From an uncultured delta proteobacterium (GTDB taxonomy: Bacteria > Myxococcota_A > UBA9160 > UBA4427), in NCBI GenBank assembly GCA_963822965.1, contig CAWGJT010000007.1, forward strand, positions 1 to 64,000: a stretch of DNA of 64,000 nucleotides. The letters are read 5' to 3'. The translations under genes were made by a program, and so were the position numbers. The notes under the pieces were generated by a model, which did no database searches, was not told the DNA's origin, and saw nothing but the letters and a program-made list of their open reading frames with translations. Positions 57,737 to 64,000 of the stretch are shown here, piece after piece. Position 1 is the first letter of the stretch, and each line of letters begins with the position of its first letter.

Positions 57737-58453
57737 GTGGAAGACCTCTCACTGGCAATCGTCGACATCGCAGGCCTCCGTCTCGCTGAGTCTCCCGACC
57801 TGCAATCTACCGTCGTCACGAACCTCACCTGGCGTGTCACCTCGCAATCGCTGTACGCGGCGACGAAGCGCACTCTCGACGTGACTCTGGCCTCCTTCGC
57901 GCTGTGTCTGCTTGGTCCGCTCCTGTTGCTGATCGCCGCGTTGATCAAGCTGGAGGACGGAGGCCCGGTTCTGTTCTCGCAGATGCGCGCGGGGCTCGGT
58001 GGGAGGGCGTTCCGGTTCTACAAGTTTCGCTCGATGTGCGCGGATGCCGAGATTCAGTGGGGCGCGCTGCGCGCCACGCAGGAGAGCGGCTCGCCACGCT
58101 TCAACAAGATGGCGCGCGACCCGCGCGTGACGCGCACTGGACGTTGGATCCGTCGGTTCAGTCTGGACGAAATCCCCCAGCTCTGGAACGTGGTCCTGGG
58201 CGACCTGTCCCTCGTAGGTCCGCGCCCGGCGTTGCTCGAGGAAGTGGCGGAGTACGAGCCCCACCATCGTGGGCGCCTGGCCGTCGCCCAGGGTGTGACG
58301 TGCACTTGGCAGGTGGGTGGGCGCTCGTTGATCCCCTTCGAGCAGCAGGTCGAGTTGGATCTCGACTACATCCGCACGCGGAGCCTGCTCCTCGACGTGC
58401 AAATCCTCCTCCGCACGGTGCCCGCGGTTCTGAGCGGGCGTGGCGCCCACTAG
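57737..58453 (+). CDS. Bacterial sugar transferase (priming glycosyltransferase family)
   Basis: KRTLD, GGPVLFSQ.RAG, YKFRSM, DPRVT..GRWIRRFSLDEIPQLWNV..SLVGPRP. Confidence 0.92.
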   Translation: MEDLSLAIVDIAGLRLAESPDLQSTVVTNLTWRVTSQSLYAATKRTLDVTLASFALCLLGPLLLLIAALIKLEDGGPVLFSQMRAGLGGRAFRFYKFRSMCADAEIQWGALRATQESGSPRFNKMARDPRVTRTGRWIRRFSLDEIPQLWNVVLGDLSLVGPRPALLEEVAEYEPHHRGRLAVAQGVTCTWQVGGRSLIPFEQQVELDLDYIRTRSLLLDVQILLRTVPAVLSGRGAH

Positions 58454-58619
58454 GAGCCTGGCCACGATCTGCGAATCAGCCCATTCGGTGCGTAGACTCC
58501 CTGGATCGCCGGATACCGACGACCTCTCTTTCGATGCAACATACGATCGAAGTGCTCCGCCGAACCAACCATCGCGGCGGAGGCAGCGGCTCTCGCAGAT
58601 GGATATCGAGGTAATACCA

Positions 58620-58964
58620 ATGAATCGGAAAGTCGGGAATGTTCTGATATTCGTTGCAGTGTGCGTGCTCTCTGCCGCCGTGCCGGCAGTCTGCATGGCT
58701 GGCGATACCAAGCCTCCCACTGCGATGGAAAAGACCGGGGACTACATCGGGGATTCGGCGCTCACAGCCAAGGTCAAGACGGCACTTCTGGCCGAGAAAA
58801 ATCTCAAGTCGCTCCCGATCGGCGTGGAGTCCACCGATGGCGTCGTCACGCTGTCCGGCGAAGTCGTGTCCTCTGCCCAGATCAAGCAGGCCGTGGATGT
58901 GGCGAAGCATGTCGACGGCGTGAGGGACGTGCACAATTCGCTCACGGTGGTGAAGAAGAAGTAG
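58620..58964 (+). CDS. Single-BON-domain periplasmic protein
   Basis: Signal peptide; DSALTAKVKTALL..GVVTLSG..DGVRDVHNSL. Confidence 0.9.
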   Translation: MNRKVGNVLIFVAVCVLSAAVPAVCMAGDTKPPTAMEKTGDYIGDSALTAKVKTALLAEKNLKSLPIGVESTDGVVTLSGEVVSSAQIKQAVDVAKHVDGVRDVHNSLTVVKKK

Positions 58965-59042
58965 GACGATCGCCGGAGCGGGCCGTCCCTGGCACTTAAC
59001 GCCATGGACACCCTCCCCCATTATTTGCCCGCCCGGTGCTCT

Positions 59043-59083
59043 GCTGCTCAGCAGGACTCGAGAAACGAGTCCTGCTGAGCAGC
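59043..59083. terminator. Perfect 18-bp-stem hairpin
   Basis: GCTGCTCAGCAGGACTCG-AGAAA-CGAGTCCTGCTGAGCAGC downstream of the BON gene. Confidence 0.55.
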
Positions 59084-59415
59084 TGTCGTTTGTGGCGGCC
59101 GATGCGGATCTCCGGCCCCCGAGAGCTGCCCCGTCCCGCTTCCGACTTCGACCGGCCGAGTCGGCGCAAGCCCGGGGACCACCGCCTCGAATGCCCGGTT
59201 CACGCGCGCGATATACCGCGTTCCGAGGATTTCGGTCGTGGGCCAGGCGTGCGATCGTTGGTCCGTGGTCGGTGTGGGTCCGCGAAGGGCATGTGGATTC
59301 CATCGAGCTTCGAGCCTCGGCCTTGCGGAGAGCGCTGGCGACGAAGAGCGGCGAGGTGGGTCACCTCAGCCGCTCTGGCGATTCGTGCCGAATTCATCCA
59401 GACGAGGAGACGACA

Positions 59416-59763
59416 ATGGAAGCGCAGGAGACCGCGATCACCCCCGGCCACGCTCATGGAACACTCGAGCGTGCTGTCGATCATGCAACCGAGGGTGCGC
59501 ATCACAAGATCGATGCGATGAGCAGTAGCGGGAAGCCGGCGGTCGATCGCATGGCAGCCAGTGCACACGAGGCCGTAGACAAGGTCTCGAGTGTCGCCAG
59601 CCACGCGGTCGAGACGCTCGACGTGAAGGGCGAGCAGCTGCACGCGGCCGAGAAGCGGTTGGTTGCGGGTACACGTCAATACGTCAAGGAGCATCCGGTG
59701 ACTTCGATCGGGATCGCGATTGCAACCGGGTACGTCCTCAGCCGCATCTTCGCATCTCGCTAG
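59416..59763 (+). CDS. DUF883/ElaB/YqjD-like tail-anchored protein
   Basis: GAGGAG RBS; YVKEHPVTSIGIAIATGYVLSR C-terminus. Confidence 0.8.
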   Translation: MEAQETAITPGHAHGTLERAVDHATEGAHHKIDAMSSSGKPAVDRMAASAHEAVDKVSSVASHAVETLDVKGEQLHAAEKRLVAGTRQYVKEHPVTSIGIAIATGYVLSRIFASR

Positions 59764-59774
59764 GACCCCGCGGC

Positions 59775-60230
59775 ATGGGGACGGCAGACGGAACGAGCAC
59801 GAGCATCTCCGAGGTGCGCAGCGATCCTGCCCCGCCCGCTTCCGGTCTGCTCGACGATGCTCTGTTGCTCACCCATGAGCTGCGCGCGACGCTGTGCGAC
59901 CAGTTGTCCCTCGCGGGCTACGAGGCGCAACTGGCCGCACGGAGTCTGACCGCGATGGTCGCGGCTGCCGTCGGGATCGGAGTGCTGCTGGTTTCCGCCT
60001 GGTTGGGACTGATGGCCGCCGGAACCTTCGCACTGATCGACCTGGGGCTTGCGCCTGCCGTCGCCATGCTCATCGGGGCCGCGCTCAACCTGATTGCACT
60101 GCTCGTGCCCTATGAGATGATTCGCCGCAAGAGCCGCAATCTGGCCTTCCCTGCGACGCGTCGTACGATGCAGCCGGCCTCACCGCGTGGCCATGAGAGC
60201 GACGGTAGCGACGAGAGAAGGGCCGCATGA
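59775..60230 (+). CDS. YqjE-like (holin superfamily) membrane protein
   Basis: DQLSLAGYEAQ, two TM helices, FPATRRT; position after the DUF883-like gene. Confidence 0.7.
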   Translation: MGTADGTSTSISEVRSDPAPPASGLLDDALLLTHELRATLCDQLSLAGYEAQLAARSLTAMVAAAVGIGVLLVSAWLGLMAAGTFALIDLGLAPAVAMLIGAALNLIALLVPYEMIRRKSRNLAFPATRRTMQPASPRGHESDGSDERRAA

Positions 60231-60574
60231 TCTGGAAGGAAGCCGCTGAAGCTCCGCCGCCTCTGCATCTCCGGATCCACGTAGTCGAGCAACGGCTCCT
60301 CGAACGTCGACAGCGCATCGGGAGGGTAGCGGCGAGCTTCGGACCGAAGGTTCGCGCTCGAATGGGCTCTCCCGAGATGCTCATCGCGGCAGTCGGGTTC
60401 GGTGTGTTCCTGCATCGGAGCAGACGTCTGAACAGAGTTCGCCGAGCCTGGTCGTTGGTGACCGTGCTCAACGCAGCCTATGCGAGCAGCTCAGTCGTGA
60501 CGACCCTGTCGTCCTGGGTGGGCCATGCGCGCGCCACCCCGCCGAGCGCCGATCGTCCCCAGTCCCGGGGCTGA
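60227..60574 (+). CDS. Hypothetical protein (YqjK-like position)
   Basis: ATGA overlap with upstream gene; one hydrophobic segment. Confidence 0.55.
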   Translation: MIWKEAAEAPPPLHLRIHVVEQRLLERRQRIGRVAASFGPKVRARMGSPEMLIAAVGFGVFLHRSRRLNRVRRAWSLVTVLNAAYASSSVVTTLSSWVGHARATPPSADRPQSRG

Positions 60575-60608
60575 GGGCGGGGCGAGCCCCGGCAACACCA
60601 GGACAGAG

Positions 60609-61802
60609 ATGAAGGCATCCCCGATCTCCCTCCGCTTGGTCCTCGTGGGAGGAGCGACATTCGCATTCATCCAATCGTTTTCCCTGCTGTCTCCCATTCT
60701 GCTGTCGCTCATTCTCGTTCTGCTGATTTCACTGGCAGTCAATCCCGCGATCGCGCCAATTCGAGCTCTGACCGGGGGTCGAAGGAGGGCGACGGCGCTG
60801 GCTGCGGCGACTCTGGTCGGGGTCGTTGCTTTGACGGGATGGGCGCTGCTCGGGCCGATGAAGGAGTCGGTCGCGAACCTCATGGAAGAGTTGCCAGGCT
60901 ACTGGGAGCATCTGCAGAAGCCCCTGATCAAGATGGAGCAACAGGCCTTGCTCTCCGAGGGAAAGCTGCAGGCGGAAGTCAGCACCGAGATCTCTGAGGA
61001 CGCCGCGGCGCTGGGTGCGCCCAAAAGTGCGCAACCCGCCACGAAACCGGCTCCGCCACAGACTACCAATGAGCCGGCATACATTCGTTCCCGCTTGGGC
61101 CAGATGGCCCAGGACGTGGTCGGCAGCTTCTCGGCCCTGGCATTCAACGGAGCTCAAATGCTGCTCGTTCTGGTGACGGTGTTCTTCGGCGTGATCTTCA
61201 CATTGATGGACCCCCGCCCGATTTTCGGAGCGATCTTCTCCCTGGTGCCCGAGCGCCATCATGGCCAGGCCGTGGTCATCATGGGGCGCATCGGGAAGTT
61301 CGTGCCCGGCTGGGCGGGGGCGACGCTACTCGGGATGGTGGCAATCGGCTCACTGGTCTTCCTGCTCATGTTGCCGATCTTCGGCTTCATGGACGCTCTG
61401 GGGCTGGGTTTGATCGCGGGCGTTCTGGAGGCGGTTCCGTTTCTGGGCCCGCTGCTCAGCGCGGTGCCCGCTCTCCTGATCGCTCTCGGCGAAGGAGGCA
61501 TGACCATTCTCTGGGTCGTGCTTGCCTACATCGCAGTCCACGCCATCGAGAACAACGTGGTTCTGCCGTTCGTCATGGCGCGCGGCATGCGATTGCACCC
61601 GGTGGCGGTGATCTTCTCCACGCTACTGTGCGTCGCCGCCTTCGGCGTGTTGGGTGTTCTCGTCGCGGCCCCCCTGGTTGCGATCGTGAGCATCGTGCAC
61701 GACGAGCTCTATCGGAAGCGGTTCCTTCCCACGACGACGGACGCCGATCTGGATCGTCTGGCTCGCGAGGCGCTGCACGAGGAGCGGCTCGTCGCCAGGT
61801 AA
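60609..61802 (+). CDS. AI-2E family transporter
   Basis: Multi-TM; VPFLGP, IENNVVLP, LHPVAVI..FGVLGVLVAAPL. Confidence 0.92.
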   Translation: MKASPISLRLVLVGGATFAFIQSFSLLSPILLSLILVLLISLAVNPAIAPIRALTGGRRRATALAAATLVGVVALTGWALLGPMKESVANLMEELPGYWEHLQKPLIKMEQQALLSEGKLQAEVSTEISEDAAALGAPKSAQPATKPAPPQTTNEPAYIRSRLGQMAQDVVGSFSALAFNGAQMLLVLVTVFFGVIFTLMDPRPIFGAIFSLVPERHHGQAVVIMGRIGKFVPGWAGATLLGMVAIGSLVFLLMLPIFGFMDALGLGLIAGVLEAVPFLGPLLSAVPALLIALGEGGMTILWVVLAYIAVHAIENNVVLPFVMARGMRLHPVAVIFSTLLCVAAFGVLGVLVAAPLVAIVSIVHDELYRKRFLPTTTDADLDRLAREALHEERLVAR

Positions 61803-61918
61803 CTGTGTCTCTTCGGTCTACGACGCTGGGGCGAAACGGGACGGTGTCGAATTGCGACGCGGAACGCCGCGCATGGCCCAGGCGAGACTGCTATCGTCGA
61901 GTCGAACGCGCGAAGAAT

Positions 61919-61947
61919 GCAACGAGCAACGAGCAACGAGCAACGAG
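61919..61947 (+). repeat. 7-bp tandem repeat (GCAACGA)x4
   Basis: Lies directly before the GAGGAG RBS of the CsbD-family gene. Confidence 0.85.
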
Positions 61948-61958
61948 AGGAGCAGACC

Positions 61959-62147
61959 ATGGCAAGCGGAAAAATCGATCAAGTGAAGGGACGCGTGAAG
62001 GAAGCGGCGGGCGTGCTGACCGGCGACGAGAAGCTGGAGCGCGAAGGAAAGGCAGATCAGTCTGCCGGCAAGCTCAAGGAGCGTGTCGAGAAGGTCAAGA
62101 AATCGGCCGACAAGGCCATCGATGACGTAAAGGACGCGCTCAGCTGA
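61959..62147 (+). CDS. CsbD family stress protein
   Basis: DQVKGRVKEAAGVLTGDEKLEREGKADQSAGK. Confidence 0.92.
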   Translation: MASGKIDQVKGRVKEAAGVLTGDEKLEREGKADQSAGKLKERVEKVKKSADKAIDDVKDALS

Positions 62148-62255
62148 GTCTGCGTCGGGAAGAGCTTTTCGAAGTGCGAGCTGCCCGCCGTCGGGTGGCT
62201 CGCCAGCGTTGGTGGATCCACCAACGGAACTGCGCGGCGGGTGGAGGGGGTACGA

Positions 62256-62408
62256 ATGCTCGAGACCATCGCGATTGTCCTGATCGTCTTGTGGTTGGTT
62301 GGGCTACTCAGCTCCTACACGATGGGTGGACTGATCCACGTCCTTCTGGTGATCGCGCTCATCGTGATCGTGGTTCGCGTGATCCAGGGCCGGAGGCCTG
62401 TGGGATGA
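62256..62408 (+). CDS. lmo0937/DUF5670 family small membrane protein (not in ORF track)
   Basis: MLETIAIVLIVLWLVGLLSSYTMGGLIHVLLVIALIVIVVRVIQGRRPVG with GGAGG RBS. Confidence 0.88.
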   Translation: MLETIAIVLIVLWLVGLLSSYTMGGLIHVLLVIALIVIVVRVIQGRRPVG

Positions 62409-62440
62409 CGAGATGACCTGCGGGCGCTCTCGCCCCGAGA

Positions 62441-62504
62441 CGAGTCCGGCCTCGAGGAGCCGACAGATCTCGTCGACGTCGGGATGATTCGGCGTGTAGC
62501 AGAC
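62441..62504 (-). pseudogene. Fragment of DapB-like gene (N-terminal part)
   Basis: 61/64 identical to 36366-36429 (VCYTPNHPDVDEICRLLEAGL). Confidence 0.9.
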
Positions 62505-62530
62505 CACGTGTCTCGGGACGCGCAGCACGC

Positions 62531-64000
62531 TCACTCGCGCGCGTCGAGCTGGCCGCTCGCGATCCGCTCCACGAGCAGCGTCCGCTGCACTTGTCCCGTG
62601 GCGGCGGTGCGCGGCAGCGCGTCGACGCAGACGAGGCGGCGCGGCTTCTTGAACCCGGCGAGCCGCCCCTCGCCGTGGGCGTGCAGCGCGGCCAGGCTCG
62701 GCACCTCGCCGTCGCGCGGGACCACCACCGCGCACACGACCTCGCCCCACTCCGAGTCGGGGACGCCGACGATCGAGATCTCCGCCACCCCGGGCGCGTC
62801 GGACAGCACGCCCTCGACCTCCGCCGGCGAGACGCTCTCGCCGCCCGTGCGGATGATCTCCTTCTTGCGGCCCACGATCGAGAGACAGCCGTCGGCGTCG
62901 AGGGCGCCGAGGTCGCCGGTGTGGAACCAACCTTCGGCCAACGCCGCGGCGGTGGCCTCGTCGTCGTCGAAGTAGCCGCTCATCAGGTAGGGGCTGCGCA
63001 CCAGGATCTCACCCTCGTCGGACAGCCGCAGGTCCACGTAAGGCGATGCGGGGCCGACGCTCCCGGGCTTCGAGAGTACGTCGGCGTCCGACAACATCGT
63101 CGCCGACCCGACCTCCGTCGACCCGTAGTAGATGCGCGTCCTCGTCCCGGGGAAGCGTTCCTTCAAGGCGCGGATCAGCTCGATGGGCGTGGCCGACGTG
63201 CCGGTGTCGAGCTCGCGCAGGCTCGAGAGGTCCCAGCGGCCCGTGTCCTCGGCGAGGATGCGGCTCCACACGAGCGGGATCCCGTAGAAGCGGTTCGCGC
63301 GATGGCGCTCGATTGCGTCGAGCAGGGCTGCGGACGTCGCCGTCTCGACGAAGACGATCTCACCGCGCGTCTGCCAGGCGGCGAGGGCGAGGGTGAAGGC
63401 CGCCATGTGGAAGAGCGGGAACATGCAGACCGAGATCTCCGGCTCGTCGCGGAAGACGCCCTGAAAGCCGCGCAGCCAGTTCGCGCGATGCGAGAGGACG
63501 ACGCCCTTCGGCCGGCCGGTGCTGCCACTCGTGAAGAAGATGACGTGGGGATCGTCCTCACCCAGCGCCGGCTCGTCGGGCGCGGCGCCGCACGCCGGCA
63601 GCCTGGCCGGGTCGAGGACGAGACCGACGTCGCCCCCCGGCAGTGACGCGACGGCGGGGATGCCGCAGGCATCGGCGACGGCCGAGGCAACGCCCGCGCG
63701 CTCGGCGTCGACCACGAGCAGCGAGCCGCGAGCCAGGCGCCCGACGTCCGCCGCCTCGTTGGCGCCCAGGCGCGCATTCAGCGGCGCGAAGACCGCGCCG
63801 AGCTTCGCGAGCGCCACGAAGACCGGCAGCACGTCGAGCGAGGTGTCGGCCCAGGTCACGACGCGGTCGCCGTGGCCGATCCCCCGCTCGCGCAGGGCCC
63901 AGGCGACCCGGTTGCCAGCGTCGTCGAGCGCGCGGTGGGTGAACATGCGGCCGCCCAGCGCCGCGGCCGGGCGTTCCGGCACCGCCTCGGCGTTGCGCCG
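62531..64000 (-). CDS. Acyl-CoA synthetase / AMP-binding enzyme (5' end outside window)
   Basis: FFTSGSTGRPKG, YYGSTE, WFHTGDLG, IVGRKKEIIRTGGE. Confidence 0.93.
   Translation of the reverse strand, partial: RRNAEAVPERPAAALGGRMFTHRALDDAGNRVAWALRERGIGHGDRVVTWADTSLDVLPVFVALAKLGAVFAPLNARLGANEAADVGRLARGSLLVVDAERAGVASAVADACGIPAVASLPGGDVGLVLDPARLPACGAAPDEPALGEDDPHVIFFTSGSTGRPKGVVLSHRANWLRGFQGVFRDEPEISVCMFPLFHMAAFTLALAAWQTRGEIVFVETATSAALLDAIERHRANRFYGIPLVWSRILAEDTGRWDLSSLRELDTGTSATPIELIRALKERFPGTRTRIYYGSTEVGSATMLSDADVLSKPGSVGPASPYVDLRLSDEGEILVRSPYLMSGYFDDDEATAAALAEGWFHTGDLGALDADGCLSIVGRKKEIIRTGGESVSPAEVEGVLSDAPGVAEISIVGVPDSEWGEVVCAVVVPRDGEVPSLAALHAHGEGRLAGFKKPRRLVCVDALPRTAATGQVQRTLLVERIASGQLDARE

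Noticed and set aside
59775..60230. Prophage (holin-family gene)
   Set aside because: YqjE-like stress-operon context; no phage structural, lysis or integrase genes

Overview
High-GC Gram-negative bacterial DNA (many PEP-CTERM-type sorting signals; gene content suggests a Myxococcota/deltaproteobacteria-like organism, which is inference). The left half is a catabolic backbone (MDR reductase, Baeyer-Villiger monooxygenase, OYE, P450, acyl-CoA dehydrogenase, TauD) interleaved with surface-protein modules. These are (i) a membrane-anchored winged-helix/TPR regulator followed by an operon pairing a dockerin-bearing beta-propeller protein with a PEP-CTERM-anchored cohesin, (ii) a Cyc2-like cytochrome-porin, and (iii) a ~2000-aa copper-radical oxidase (AA5)/di-heme peroxidase fusion divergent from a FixH/YtkA-like lipoprotein and a bCcP/MauG-family gene. 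About 34.4-62.4 kb is an accessory segment (CheB/CheR, HK/RR, ECF sigma, BON/CsbD/DUF883 stress genes) bracketed by two collinear fragments of a DapB-like gene whose intact copy lies inside it. The window also contains an internally deleted IS1182-family element, several CTAG-flanked MITE-like elements sitting at stop codons, a 25-bp VNTR, several intergenic gene scars and about nine single-base +1 frameshifts that are probably assembly errors. No tRNA, rRNA or CRISPR array was seen. Family assignments come from motif recognition by eye, not database searches.
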